The notes under the pieces are model-generated. The model searched no databases. It had not been told where the DNA came from and worked only from the letters and a program-made list of their open reading frames with translations. Positions 47,095-57,725 of a DNA stretch of 64,000 nucleotides are shown in pieces. Source of the stretch: Pirellula sp. GTDB taxonomy: Bacteria; Planctomycetota; Planctomycetia; Pirellulales; Pirellulaceae. The position numbers and the translations under genes are program-made. Within the stretch, counting starts at the first letter, position 1, and each line of letters opens with the position of its first letter. Where the stretch lies: NCBI GenBank assembly GCA_046318795.1, contig JBKCTT010000154.1, positions 18,949-82,948 on the forward strand, given 5' to 3'.

Positions 47095-48876
47095 ATGAAT
47101 ACTAGTTACAAAATGCTTTGGTACACACTCGTTACCATTGCTTTATTTTTATTGGAGTCGAATGCCAGCGACAACTATGCTAGGGCCGTTTGTCGCGACG
47201 AAACGCAATACGAGAGCCATAGTCGATGTGTTATCGTCGAGCTGTTTGTCGATCAAACTAGACTCCTCGATCAGCAGTTGGAAAGTCGAGTTCGAGAATT
47301 CGCCCGCGAGCGGGGTGGGATCCTAATAGCTGTTCGCAAACTTCAGGATGGAATGGCGGGTAAGGATCGGCTGGCACAAATCACGAGTCATTTCAACATA
47401 GAGTCAACCGACAAGCCATTACTTTATTGTTTGAATGAAGTAATCTACGGTAAGGAAACAGTCGCAGACTATCAAAATGCTCTCGAACATACCATGAAAG
47501 TCGAAGTGTTCGTACGTACTGGCTGCTCTCGATGCGATGCGTTAAAGCGATTTCTTCCTTCCTATCTCAAGAGCTTCCCTGCATTCAAAGTTGTTTATCG
47601 AGATATCACGTTAGACTCGTCAGCTATAAAAGAAATGAATCAGTTGGTCGCCGAATACAAGCGAACGGCGACAAGCGTTCCTGTCATCCATTTCTGTAAA
47701 GAGCTATCGATTGGTTTTATAAATGAGCAAACTAGTCAGAAGCAGTTGGATGAACTGCTTAAAAAATGGACCAAGGCATGCCCGCTGCCAAAGAAAACTA
47801 TGATTGAGCCTGAGCAACAAAAGCAGCTCAAGCCGGATGAGTCTTCCAATACACTATTTCCTAGATGGAAATTCGATGGTCGCGTTGAACGAAATACGAT
47901 GGGGCTTCAGCAGAAAGTATTAGTGACTACTGGGTGGTCGCTTGCACCGTTTCGTGAGTCACTTAAGTTGCCTATTTCGACTATAGCTATCTTGAATACG
48001 CTACAGAACCAACCGCCCGAGCAGTTTGATGAACTGGAAATCGATGACCAAGAACTCATGTTGCCGCTGGATGATTCCATGGCTCATGGAGCTAACGAGA
48101 AGGAAACCGGCTCCATTCCCAGTCCGGACGATCGAAACTCTATCGAGGTACCATGGTTCGGAAGCCTTAACGTAACAGACTTAGGCATGCCGCTATTTAC
48201 GGTTGCGGTAGGCTTGGTGGACGGGTTCAACCCGTGTGCTATGTGGATATTGCTCTTTCTGCTCTCGATCTTAGTTAATCTTAAAGATCGATTCAGAATT
48301 ATTCTCATTGCTGGCATCTTCGTTTTGATTAGTGGATTAGCATACTATGCCTTTATGGCTGCTTGGCTGAATGTGTTTCTTTTTATAGGACTGCTACGTC
48401 CTATTCAAGTTGCTCTTGGCTTTTTAGCACTGCTGGTTGGGGGAATTCACATCAAGGACTTCTTTGCATTTAAAAAGGGTGTGTCACTTTCAATACCGGA
48501 ATCAGCCAAGCCGAGCATCTATCAGCGGGCCCGTGACGTTGTGACAGCTCAGAATTTGCTGGGAGCATTAATTGGTGTGACAATTCTGGCAATTCTTGTA
48601 AATATGGTCGAATTGCTTTGCACTGCAGGTTTACCAGCCTTGTATACAAGTGTGCTTACTTTGCAAAAATTGCCCAGTTGGCAAAACTATGCCTATCTAG
48701 GATTGTATATCGTAGCCTACATGTTCGATGATACCCTGATGGTCGTGATCGTTGTTTGGACTATGAAGAAAACTAAGATGCAAGAGAATCAAGGGAGATG
48801 GCTAAAGTTAGTGAGCGGAATCGTGATCGTAGTGATTGGCTTAGTCATGCTGATAAATCCAGAAATCCTCTATTAG
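47095..48876 (+). CDS. Glutaredoxin/thioredoxin-fold protein fused to a CcdA-like membrane domain
   Basis: CSRC motif, SVP cis-Pro motif; GLVDGFNPCAM and ELLCTAG membrane cysteines; six TM helices. Confidence 0.8.
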   Translation: MNTSYKMLWYTLVTIALFLLESNASDNYARAVCRDETQYESHSRCVIVELFVDQTRLLDQQLESRVREFARERGGILIAVRKLQDGMAGKDRLAQITSHFNIESTDKPLLYCLNEVIYGKETVADYQNALEHTMKVEVFVRTGCSRCDALKRFLPSYLKSFPAFKVVYRDITLDSSAIKEMNQLVAEYKRTATSVPVIHFCKELSIGFINEQTSQKQLDELLKKWTKACPLPKKTMIEPEQQKQLKPDESSNTLFPRWKFDGRVERNTMGLQQKVLVTTGWSLAPFRESLKLPISTIAILNTLQNQPPEQFDELEIDDQELMLPLDDSMAHGANEKETGSIPSPDDRNSIEVPWFGSLNVTDLGMPLFTVAVGLVDGFNPCAMWILLFLLSILVNLKDRFRIILIAGIFVLISGLAYYAFMAAWLNVFLFIGLLRPIQVALGFLALLVGGIHIKDFFAFKKGVSLSIPESAKPSIYQRARDVVTAQNLLGALIGVTILAILVNMVELLCTAGLPALYTSVLTLQKLPSWQNYAYLGLYIVAYMFDDTLMVVIVVWTMKKTKMQENQGRWLKLVSGIVIVVIGLVMLINPEILY

Positions 48877-48981
48877 CGAACCAGTGTCTTTCGGCTAAGC
48901 TGAGCCGTTGGTATTCAGATATTAAAGCTTGCATGCAAACGGTATTTGCGTCGTTAACTCTCATGTACTGTTTTATCTTGC

Positions 48982-51264
48982 TTGAAAATCGTACAATATG
49001 CACCTCGCCGAAGTTGGACTGCTCCCCGATACACTTCGATTCCTCCCTGCTACATCGAGATGACTGTGTTAAAGAGATTGCGTTATCATTGGATTCACTT
49101 CGTTTGCACAGTTTTTCTAACTGGTTTTTGTTCGGCATCGATGATTTTTCAGGCAACAGACGACCTCGTTATAGAAGATTTTGAGAAAGAGAACTATGCG
49201 TTATGGAAAGTTGAAGGGGAGGCATTTGGTGCTGGTCCCGCCAAAGGAACGTTGCCAGGTCAAATGCACGTAGACGGATTTCTAGGGCAGCAGCTTGTTA
49301 ATTCGTTCGTCAATGGCGATAACTCGACCGGATCGTTGACCTCACCAGCATTTCGAATCGAACGCAATTTTATCTCTTTCTTAATTGGCGGGGGAAAGAA
49401 CCAAGAACAGTTGGCTCTTCAGTTAGTGATCGATAGTCGAGTCGTTCGTTCCGCCACCGGCTTGAACGACACTCCCGGTGGCAGCGAGCGTCTTGAATTG
49501 CAGTACTGGGATGTTTCCGAGTTCAAAGGCCAATCTGGAACGCTTCGCATTATCGACCAAGCGAAGGGGAGTTGGGGGCATATCAACGTCGATCACATTA
49601 TTCAATCCAACGCCAAGCCCAAGGGTTTTGTTCAAAACTCGGAAAGAATAATCGAAGTAACGTCGCGATACATTCATTTTCCAATCAAAAATGGTGCACC
49701 GAAGCGAGTCGTCAGTTTAATGGTGGATAACAAACTCATTGTTCGCAACGATATTGAGCTTGCAGATGCGACACCAGACTGGTGGGCACCGATGGATGTT
49801 TCTCAGTGGCATGGCAAAAATGTCACGGTCAGAGTGGACAAACTTCATGAAGATTCCAGTGCACTCAGTAGCATGAAGCTTAGCGATAAGATCATTGACG
49901 ACGAGTCAATGTATCGAGAAGCAATGCGAGGGCAGTTCCACTTTTCACCCAAACGTGGTTGGAACAACGATCCCAATGGATGTGTTTTCTACAATGGGGA
50001 ATACCATCTTTTCTTTCAGCACAATCCCTATGGATGGGCATGGGGGAACATGCATTGGGGGCATGCGGTCAGTAAAGATCTCGTGCGTTGGGAAGAGTTA
50101 GGTGACAAGCTATTACCCGATGAGATGGGCCCGATGTTTAGTGGCAGTGCCGTGGTCGATTGGAACAATTCGAGTGGCTTTGGCAAAGACGGTAAACCGC
50201 CGTTAGTGCTGTTCTACACAGCAGCCGGTAACCCAACGACGCAGTGTATGGCTTACAGTACCGACGGCAGAAACTTTACCAAGTACAGCAATAACCCCAT
50301 CGTTAAAGAAGTGACCGGTGGAAACCGCGACCCCAAGGTTATCTGGCACGAACCGTCCAGGCGATGGGTTATGGTGCTTTATGTTGAGTGGGAAAAGAAA
50401 CACACCGTGCATTTTTTTACTTCGGAAAACTTGAAAGATTGGACGCTCGCCAGCATCGTAAACGGTGACGCACCGGGTGGCGGATTTTTATATGAATGCC
50501 CCGACTTTTTTGAACTAGCTGTTGACGGTGATGCTTCCAGAAAAAAGTGGGTTCTCTTAGGTGCAAATAGCGATTACGCAATCGGTGATTTTGATGGAAA
50601 GAGATTTCTACCCGATGCGACACGTCTCAAAGGGCAACGAGGTAGAGGTTTTTACGCAGCACAATCGTTTAGCGACGTACCTGATGGACGTCGAATCTTT
50701 ATTGGTTGGTGGCAAACAGAAACCAAAGACATGCCCTTTAATCAGAGCATGACAGTTCCTCTTGAGCTGGCGCTGAAACAAACAGATGATGGGCCGCGTT
50801 TGACCTTTGCTCCTGCCAAAGATCTGCAAAGCTTGAGAGCCCATACTCATGAGGTGGTATCGTCGGCGACTAAGGAGCTAATCCAGTCTCCAGACTCACC
50901 AAATCCGTTGAGGGATGTCTCGGCTGAGCTCGTGGAATTGGAGATCGAGTTCAAACCAGATGTCGCCAAGAGAGTTCTGATCAACGTTCGAGGTGTAGAG
51001 ATCGTATATCATACCGATAAACAAGAGATCGAATTGGCTGGTCATCGAGCGAGTGCCCCTTTAGTGAATGGCAAGCAGCGACTGATCATACTTTGCGATC
51101 GAACGGGAATCGAGTTGTTCGCTAGTGAAGGACTCTGTTACGTGCCTCAGCCTGTCAACGTTGATCCCTCGAATAGGCAGATTGTCGTGTCGTCGCAGGA
51201 TGGCAATGCGATCATAACCTCATTAAAGTTGCATGAGTTACAATCGGCGTGGAACGCAAGATAG
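48982..51264 (+). CDS. Glycoside hydrolase family 32 (levanase/beta-fructosidase-like) with N-terminal beta-domains
   Basis: WNNDPNG, WGHAVS, FSGSA, RDP, ECP catalytic motifs; real start probably 49065 or later. Confidence 0.92.
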   Translation: MKIVQYAPRRSWTAPRYTSIPPCYIEMTVLKRLRYHWIHFVCTVFLTGFCSASMIFQATDDLVIEDFEKENYALWKVEGEAFGAGPAKGTLPGQMHVDGFLGQQLVNSFVNGDNSTGSLTSPAFRIERNFISFLIGGGKNQEQLALQLVIDSRVVRSATGLNDTPGGSERLELQYWDVSEFKGQSGTLRIIDQAKGSWGHINVDHIIQSNAKPKGFVQNSERIIEVTSRYIHFPIKNGAPKRVVSLMVDNKLIVRNDIELADATPDWWAPMDVSQWHGKNVTVRVDKLHEDSSALSSMKLSDKIIDDESMYREAMRGQFHFSPKRGWNNDPNGCVFYNGEYHLFFQHNPYGWAWGNMHWGHAVSKDLVRWEELGDKLLPDEMGPMFSGSAVVDWNNSSGFGKDGKPPLVLFYTAAGNPTTQCMAYSTDGRNFTKYSNNPIVKEVTGGNRDPKVIWHEPSRRWVMVLYVEWEKKHTVHFFTSENLKDWTLASIVNGDAPGGGFLYECPDFFELAVDGDASRKKWVLLGANSDYAIGDFDGKRFLPDATRLKGQRGRGFYAAQSFSDVPDGRRIFIGWWQTETKDMPFNQSMTVPLELALKQTDDGPRLTFAPAKDLQSLRAHTHEVVSSATKELIQSPDSPNPLRDVSAELVELEIEFKPDVAKRVLINVRGVEIVYHTDKQEIELAGHRASAPLVNGKQRLIILCDRTGIELFASEGLCYVPQPVNVDPSNRQIVVSSQDGNAIITSLKLHELQSAWNAR

Positions 51265-52547
51265 GGGTGGTTGGAAGTTCAATAATTGGAGAGAACTGCA
51301 GCGTGATTTTGACGGACCAAAACGCAAAGCGAAAGCTTGCCTCAAGATATCAAGATAGTCTACTCGCAGACGTGATCCCATTCTGGTTGCGGCATGGTAT
51401 CGACCGTGAACATGGTGGTTATATAACCGCTTTAAATCGAGATGGAACCGTCATTGACACCGATAAATCGATTTGGTTTCAAGGTCGAGGGGCTTGGATG
51501 TTTGCCACGCTTTATAACACTGTGGAAAAACGAACCGAGTGGCTGGAAGCTGCCCGGAGTGGTATCGAGTTCTTACGATGTCATGGAAGTGATTCTGATG
51601 GCAAACTCTACTTTACGGTGACGCGAGATGGGAAACCGCTTCGCATGAGGCGTTACGTCTACAGCGAGTCCTTTGCGTCGATTGCTAATGCTACCTACTC
51701 GCGAGCCGCGAATGATGATAGAGCAGAGAGTGATGCGTTGCGTTACTTCGCCAATTATTTACGCTATTCATTTGATGGAGATCTTATACCAGCTAAAATC
51801 GATCCATCAACGAGGGGTACTCGGGGTATTGGACCATTGATGATCACTATCGCGACGGCTCAAGAATTGCGAGTCAATTTGGGTGATCGCATGGTCAATG
51901 ATCGGACTTGCACAGAGTGGATCGATTGGGCCATTGAGACGATCGAACGATACTTTGTAAAAGCCGATTTGGGTGTGGTCATGGAAACGGTCGGGCTCAA
52001 CGGCGAGATCATTGATCATTTCGATGGGCGTCTACTCAATCCAGGGCACGCCATCGAATGCGCTTGGTTTATCATGCACGAAGGTAAGCTACGGAACGAT
52101 CAGCGACTGATTGGTCTCGGGTTACGCATGTTAGATTGGATGTGGAGCCGTGGTTGGGATGAAGAGTACGGAGGCTTGTTCTATTTTCGGGATCTGCGCA
52201 ATCTTCCCATCCAAGAGTACTGGCACGATATGAAGTTCTGGTGGCCTCATTGCGAAGCGATCATTGCAACCAGTTTAGCTTGGTCGCTAACCAAGGACGA
52301 TCGATACGCTGGTTGGCATGAGCTGGTTCATGATTGGAGTTTTAAGAACTTTCCGGATGCTGAGCATGGCGAGTGGTATGGATATCTGCATCGCGACGGG
52401 CGAATCTCAAGTCAGCTTAAAGGCAATATGTGGAAAGGCCCATTTCATTTGCCTCGAATGCTTTGGTATTGTTGGAAGCTACTATCGGATGACACGCCTG
52501 TGAGTTGCCAAGTTAATTGTTTGAAGAGTGGTGGCGCGAGGGATTAA
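51249..52547 (+). CDS. N-acylglucosamine 2-epimerase (AGE family)
   Basis: 'PFWLRHGIDREHGG', 'WFQGR', 'NPGHAIE', 'KFWWPHCE', 'WKGPFHLPR'. Confidence 0.92.
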   Translation: MERKIGVVGSSIIGENCSVILTDQNAKRKLASRYQDSLLADVIPFWLRHGIDREHGGYITALNRDGTVIDTDKSIWFQGRGAWMFATLYNTVEKRTEWLEAARSGIEFLRCHGSDSDGKLYFTVTRDGKPLRMRRYVYSESFASIANATYSRAANDDRAESDALRYFANYLRYSFDGDLIPAKIDPSTRGTRGIGPLMITIATAQELRVNLGDRMVNDRTCTEWIDWAIETIERYFVKADLGVVMETVGLNGEIIDHFDGRLLNPGHAIECAWFIMHEGKLRNDQRLIGLGLRMLDWMWSRGWDEEYGGLFYFRDLRNLPIQEYWHDMKFWWPHCEAIIATSLAWSLTKDDRYAGWHELVHDWSFKNFPDAEHGEWYGYLHRDGRISSQLKGNMWKGPFHLPRMLWYCWKLLSDDTPVSCQVNCLKSGGARD

Positions 52548-52550
52548 GTC

Positions 52551-53837
52551 ATGCAAGAATCAGATAGATCACTTCCGGGGCTAGCGTGGCTTTTGGTTGT
52601 ATTATTGATGCCGGTCGCCCTACTTAATTATCTTGATCGGCAGATGTTAGCCTCCATGCAGACCTCTGTGATGGAGTCGATCCCTAGTCTTGGAGAAGCA
52701 AAAAACAAAGAGGCGTTATGGGGGTTCATGCTGGGGCAATTCAAGTGGTTTTATGCCGTATGTAGTTTAATTGGAGGTTATATTGCGGATCGGTTTAGTC
52801 GTAGGTTGACTATCTGCGGAAGTTTGTTTGTGTGGTCCGCTGTTACTTGGTGGACGGGCCAAGTTACGACTTATACGGAATTACTTTGGGCGCGTTCACT
52901 CATGGGGATCAGTGAGGCGTTCTACATTCCCGCAGCCTTAGCATTGATTACCGATTATCATCCCGGGGAGACACGTTCGCGTGCGGTGGGGTTACACCAA
53001 TTAGCTATTTATCTTGGGGTGATCACGGGTGGTTTTGGCGGGTATGTGGCGTCCAACCCCGCCTACGGGTGGAGATTCGCGTTTTCTATTTGTGGCGGTA
53101 TTGGCATGCTCTATGCGATCCCTCTCGTTGTATTACTGCGCGATGCGCCGAAGCTGGCGGTGTCGAAATCGAGCTCATCGGTTCAGGTCGGAGCATCGCG
53201 ATCGCCCTGGAGTGTATTAACTGAGTTGTTGGGAAATCGGTCGTTTCTATTACTAGTTCTGTATTTTACATTGCCGGCGATGGCTGGCTGGGTTGTTCGG
53301 GACTGGATGCCCTCCATTCTCAAGAAGCAATATGATATTGGCCAAGGGCAAGCGGGGGTGGCGGCAACGCTGTACTGGCAAATCGCCGCGATTGTAGGTG
53401 TAATCGTTGGGGGAGGGATTGCGGACCGCTGGATGCGTTCCAATCCGCGAGGACGGATCTACGTAAGTGCGATTGGTATGGTGTTGATTGTGTTTTCGAT
53501 ATTTGGAGTAGGATTTGCGAGCACGTTGATTGCTTCGATCGGGTGTTTGATCGTGTTTGGTTTGGGGTGGGGGTTTTTCGATTGCAACAATATGCCTATC
53601 TTGTCGCAGCTCGTTCGTCCACAATTTCGTGCATCGGGATACGGTATTATGAACTTTGTGAGTATAAGCGCTGGCGGGCTGGCAGATTGGGGGTTTGGTG
53701 TCATGCGAGACCAAAATGTACCACTTCAGATTATCTTTAGTGGCTTTGCAACGCTCGCAATCATCTCGGTTTTACTGGTTCTAATGATTCGCCCCCGTCC
53801 AGAACTTTCTGGTGTAGCAAAAACTGTGCAGGAGTAA
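52551..53837 (+). CDS. MFS sugar-acid transporter
   Basis: LNYLDRQ, GGYIADRFSRR, GISEAFYIPA; about 12 TM helices. Confidence 0.9.
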   Translation: MQESDRSLPGLAWLLVVLLMPVALLNYLDRQMLASMQTSVMESIPSLGEAKNKEALWGFMLGQFKWFYAVCSLIGGYIADRFSRRLTICGSLFVWSAVTWWTGQVTTYTELLWARSLMGISEAFYIPAALALITDYHPGETRSRAVGLHQLAIYLGVITGGFGGYVASNPAYGWRFAFSICGGIGMLYAIPLVVLLRDAPKLAVSKSSSSVQVGASRSPWSVLTELLGNRSFLLLVLYFTLPAMAGWVVRDWMPSILKKQYDIGQGQAGVAATLYWQIAAIVGVIVGGGIADRWMRSNPRGRIYVSAIGMVLIVFSIFGVGFASTLIASIGCLIVFGLGWGFFDCNNMPILSQLVRPQFRASGYGIMNFVSISAGGLADWGFGVMRDQNVPLQIIFSGFATLAIISVLLVLMIRPRPELSGVAKTVQE

Positions 53838-53840
53838 TTC

Positions 53841-54770
53841 TTGAATACAAGACTATTTGGTAGCAAGCTAAAAGGTTTGGTGGCAGCGACCCATACTCCA
53901 TTTTCAGCGGATGGCGCACTGAATCTCGATGTAATCGAAAAGCAAGCGGAGCATTTACTGCGCAGCGGGGTCCACGCAGTATTTGTAGGGGGCAGCACAG
54001 GCGAAAGCCATTCGCTGATGGTCGATGAACGTTTAGCTTTAGTAAATCGATGGAGTGATGTAGTTAAATCAACGAATCAGCTATTGATTGTACATGTGGG
54101 CAGCAATTGCTTGTCCGATGCTAAGATCATGGCCGCCCACGCACAAAGCTGCGGAGCTGTTGCGATTTCGGCCTTGGCGCCTAGTTATTTCAAACCGAAA
54201 TCAATTCGTTGTTTAATCGATTGCTGTGCTGAGATTGCCGGGGCGGCCCCGAGTCTGCCGTTTTACTTTTATGATATACCTGTGTTAACCGGTGTGTCGT
54301 TCTCTATGCCTGATTTTCTGCAGCTTGCACCAGAACGAATTTCGAATCTAGTCGGTTTGAAGTTCACCAATCCTGACCTTATGGCTTACCAAAAATGCCT
54401 GCGGGTCGCGGGTGGGCGTTTCGATATTCCCTGGGGAATCGATGAATACTTGGTGGCCGCGCTAGCATGCGGCGCGATTGGTGGTGTCGGAAGTAGTTAC
54501 AATTTCGCGGCTCCCGTCTACAATCGCCTTATTCAAGCTTTTGAAAATGGCGATGTGCATGCAGCACGTGAAGAACAATTTCGATCCGTTCAATTGATTG
54601 ATTTATTGGCGAGTTACGGTTATATGGGAGCAGCGAAATCGCTCATGGGGTTCTTGGGGGTTGATGTTGGCCAACCGCGGCTTCCGAATAGTCCCTTGAC
54701 CGGTGATGAGCAGAATGAGTTACGAGCAAGATTAGAGCAGCTAGGATTCTTTGACTGGATACTCGGGTAG
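53841..54770 (+). CDS. nanA: N-acetylneuraminate lyase (DHDPS/NanA family)
   Basis: GSTGE motif, PSYFKP, FYFYDIP, GLKFT Schiff-base Lys, GSSYNF; operon with AGE and MFS. Confidence 0.8.
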   Translation: MNTRLFGSKLKGLVAATHTPFSADGALNLDVIEKQAEHLLRSGVHAVFVGGSTGESHSLMVDERLALVNRWSDVVKSTNQLLIVHVGSNCLSDAKIMAAHAQSCGAVAISALAPSYFKPKSIRCLIDCCAEIAGAAPSLPFYFYDIPVLTGVSFSMPDFLQLAPERISNLVGLKFTNPDLMAYQKCLRVAGGRFDIPWGIDEYLVAALACGAIGGVGSSYNFAAPVYNRLIQAFENGDVHAAREEQFRSVQLIDLLASYGYMGAAKSLMGFLGVDVGQPRLPNSPLTGDEQNELRARLEQLGFFDWILG

Positions 54771-54785
54771 TTTCAAAAGGCATGC

Positions 54786-55799
54786 ATGTTTTCACCGATT
54801 CTAGCGATCATCATTGGTTTAGCAGCACTCGTTTGGGGGGCGGATCGCTTTGTACTTGGCGCTGCCGCAACTGCCAAATACTTTCGTGTGCCTCCCCTGC
54901 TAATCGGAATGCTGATTGTTGGCTTCGGAACATCGGCGCCGGAATTATTGGTATCGGGTATCGCCGCTTATCAGGGGAATTCTGGCTTGGCATTGGGAAA
55001 TGCCTACGGTTCTAACATAACCAATATTGCGCTCATATTGGGATTAACGGCATTTATCAGTCCTATTGCGGTTCAATCGAAAGTTCTTCGTGTTGAGTTG
55101 CCGATTCTCACGTTTGTTACTCTCGGAGCGGTCTGGCAGCTTATGGATGGCCAAGTGTCGAGGATAGATGCCGTCGTACTGTTGATCGTTTTCGCCATTC
55201 TTATCGGTTGGTCCATTTGGACCAGTGCTAGGCGATCCAAAGACGCATTGGGTGAGGAAATCGAGGCGGAATTAACAACTCACGCGATGCCAGTCCGAGC
55301 TGCGATTGTGTGGCTGATTGTCGGCCTCGCAATCTTAATTGTAAGTTCCCGAGCGTTAGTGTGGGGGGCCGTTGAGATAGCCACATCCGTGGGCGTAAGT
55401 GACCTTATTATCGGCTTGACCATCTTAGCAGTCGGCACGTCCTTGCCTGAACTCGCGTCTTCGTTGATCGCCGCCAAACGTGGAGAGCATGACATTGCAC
55501 TAGGCAACGTTCTCGGTTCTAACTTGTTTAATACCTTGGCTGTGGTTGGTATAGCGGGAATCATACGATCTGTTGATTGCGATCGAAACCTTTTGGTACG
55601 AGATATTCCCGTGATGGTGGGGCTCACCGTCGTGCTTTTCGTTTTCGGTTATGGCTTTCGCGGGCAAGGCCGTATCAACCGTCTGGAGGGATTAATACTA
55701 CTTTTGTCCTTCATCGTTTATAGTACGTATCTAGTATGGTCTGAATTGAAAGTGCTCCAAGCAACGTCCGCGGTTTCAGGCTTGATGATCGCAGTTTGA
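54786..55799 (+). CDS. yrbG: Calcium/sodium antiporter (CaCA family)
   Basis: Alpha repeats GTSAPE...GNAYGSNITN and GTSLPE...GNVLGSNLFN. Confidence 0.92.
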   Translation: MFSPILAIIIGLAALVWGADRFVLGAAATAKYFRVPPLLIGMLIVGFGTSAPELLVSGIAAYQGNSGLALGNAYGSNITNIALILGLTAFISPIAVQSKVLRVELPILTFVTLGAVWQLMDGQVSRIDAVVLLIVFAILIGWSIWTSARRSKDALGEEIEAELTTHAMPVRAAIVWLIVGLAILIVSSRALVWGAVEIATSVGVSDLIIGLTILAVGTSLPELASSLIAAKRGEHDIALGNVLGSNLFNTLAVVGIAGIIRSVDCDRNLLVRDIPVMVGLTVVLFVFGYGFRGQGRINRLEGLILLLSFIVYSTYLVWSELKVLQATSAVSGLMIAV

Positions 55800-55804
55800 T
55801 TACG

Positions 55805-56320
55805 TTAATTCCTGTAGAAGTCGATCCACTCAAGCTTGAGAGAGCGAGGGTTTGATTCCAAGGTTTTTGCAGGAAGCTTGATCTCGAAGTAACCGTCTGC
55901 GAGGGGGATACTTTTGGTCGGTTTGCCATCGCGATCGAGCAGTCGAATCTCCATCCAGAATGGACTTTTCGAGTCGAGAGGACGATCTTCCTTCTCGTTT
56001 AGCCATTGACGAACTTCTGTAGATGAGCTCGAAACGGATAGATTTACGGTCTTGCCCTCGGTCTGCAGCTTGAAACTTTCTAGCCCATGTAATCGCAAAT
56101 GCAAAGAGATATTTGCGGGCCACTTATCAGTAATTCGAGTGATGTTTGCGTGGCTGATACCTGAGGGGCTTTGAACGATGAATATCGTTTGTGATTCAAG
56201 TTGCTTAATCTCGACTTGATCGTCCGACTTTTTGGTAGTTACCTCAAATTTTGTGGCACCATCGGTTAGTAGACAGGCGAATAAAGTCAAAGTCAGTTTC
56301 AGTGTCGCAAGTGTTATCAT
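55805..56320 (-). CDS. Secreted hypothetical protein
   Basis: Signal peptide; ends LEWIDFYRN. Confidence 0.7.
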   Translation of the reverse strand: MITLATLKLTLTLFACLLTDGATKFEVTTKKSDDQVEIKQLESQTIFIVQSPSGISHANITRITDKWPANISLHLRLHGLESFKLQTEGKTVNLSVSSSSTEVRQWLNEKEDRPLDSKSPFWMEIRLLDRDGKPTKSIPLADGYFEIKLPAKTLESNPRSLKLEWIDFYRN

Positions 56321-56333
56321 GGCCCGTAAGACA

Positions 56334-57692
56334 TTAGTTCGATGGCTCTGCGATACAATAAATGCGTTTGTCGGTTCTCAAGTAGAGCTTGCCATCGGAG
56401 ATAGCTGGGGTCGCAAGACTCATATCGTCAGCCTCTAACGCGTTTTGAGATATCAACTCGAGCGAATCTTCCCCATCTCTAATGTCAAAGACGAAGGTCA
56501 CTCCGTCTTCGTTCAAGCAGTAAAGTTTCTTGCCCGCTGACCATGGGGATGCGGTAAAGGAGCGGCCATCCGGTATTCGTTGATCGGCGACGATCTTTGA
56601 CCCATCTTTCAAGTTAAATCCTGCAAGTGTTCCTCGATCATACAGGACAAACAATTTTTCTGCGACAGCGATGGTAGAGGGATTGTATGGTGCAGATCTC
56701 GGTTGTGACCACACGACAAATTCATTTGCAATTTCTTCACCGGAAACACTGATATCTCCAGAGGCACCTGGGCGAATCGCGTAGATCGGGCGTTTCGAGT
56801 CTAATACGTAACCAGAGCTTATGATAAGTGTGTCGTCGATTGAGTAGGGAGTGGCAATTGTGATACTCGACATTCCTTGCAATGACCAAAGTTCGTTGCC
56901 ATCCAAATCGTAGGATCGCACTCCTTTGGTTCCAGCGGTAACAAGCTCTGTTCTAAGGGAATTAGTCCAGATAAACGGTGTCGACCAATTGCTTTTTTCG
57001 TCTCGCTCCTTGCGCCATATTTCCTGGCCGGTACCTTTGTCTAAAGCCAATAGATAAGAGTCTTTCTCATTGTCGTTGACGAGGAAAAGTTTGTTGCCAT
57101 GCAGGATAGGCGATGAGGCAGTTCCCCAGCCTGCTCGCATCGGGTTGCCCACTAACTCTTTTCGCCAAACTTCGTTGCCTAACAAGTCAAAGCAAAAAAC
57201 TCCTACATTGCCAAAGTAGACAAAAACGTTTTTCCCATCTGACACCGGCGTTTCGGATGCGTAGCTATTCTTGATGTGAATTGGAAACTCAGGTACGCCC
57301 TGTTTTACCATACGCTCCCAAATGAGTGTGCCGGTCGTCGCATCTAGGCAAATCACCAGCCAGCGATGGTCGGATTGAGGAGGTTTCGATCTGTCACCAC
57401 CGAAATAGAGCCCCTTTTTTGCTTCTTCGCTTACGGATGAGTTAACAACGGTTGTCAAGATAACGTTGTTGTTAACGACGATCGGAGAAGACCAACCGCG
57501 ACCGGGTAAGTCTGTTTTCCACAGAACATTCTCCGTCGCAGTCCACTTAGTCGGAATCGACTGCTGGGCAATGCCGCGAGAACCAGATCCGCGAAACGAT
57601 AGCCAGTTTTCTTGCGAGAATGAGTGACACGTTACAATTACAGACAGAAATACAGAACCGAGAACATTGCCTGCTCGCATATGCGAATTCAC
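56334..57692 (-). CDS. PQQ-like (BamB-type) beta-propeller protein
   Basis: WLSFRG, LWKTDLPGRGWSSP, SYASETPVSDG, WGTASSP, ATPAISDGKLYLRT. Confidence 0.9.
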   Translation of the reverse strand: MNSHMRAGNVLGSVFLSVIVTCHSFSQENWLSFRGSGSRGIAQQSIPTKWTATENVLWKTDLPGRGWSSPIVVNNNVILTTVVNSSVSEEAKKGLYFGGDRSKPPQSDHRWLVICLDATTGTLIWERMVKQGVPEFPIHIKNSYASETPVSDGKNVFVYFGNVGVFCFDLLGNEVWRKELVGNPMRAGWGTASSPILHGNKLFLVNDNEKDSYLLALDKGTGQEIWRKERDEKSNWSTPFIWTNSLRTELVTAGTKGVRSYDLDGNELWSLQGMSSITIATPYSIDDTLIISSGYVLDSKRPIYAIRPGASGDISVSGEEIANEFVVWSQPRSAPYNPSTIAVAEKLFVLYDRGTLAGFNLKDGSKIVADQRIPDGRSFTASPWSAGKKLYCLNEDGVTFVFDIRDGEDSLELISQNALEADDMSLATPAISDGKLYLRTDKRIYCIAEPSN

Positions 57693-57725
57693 TTAAACTA
57701 AATACGAACGATTCATCAATCGGAC

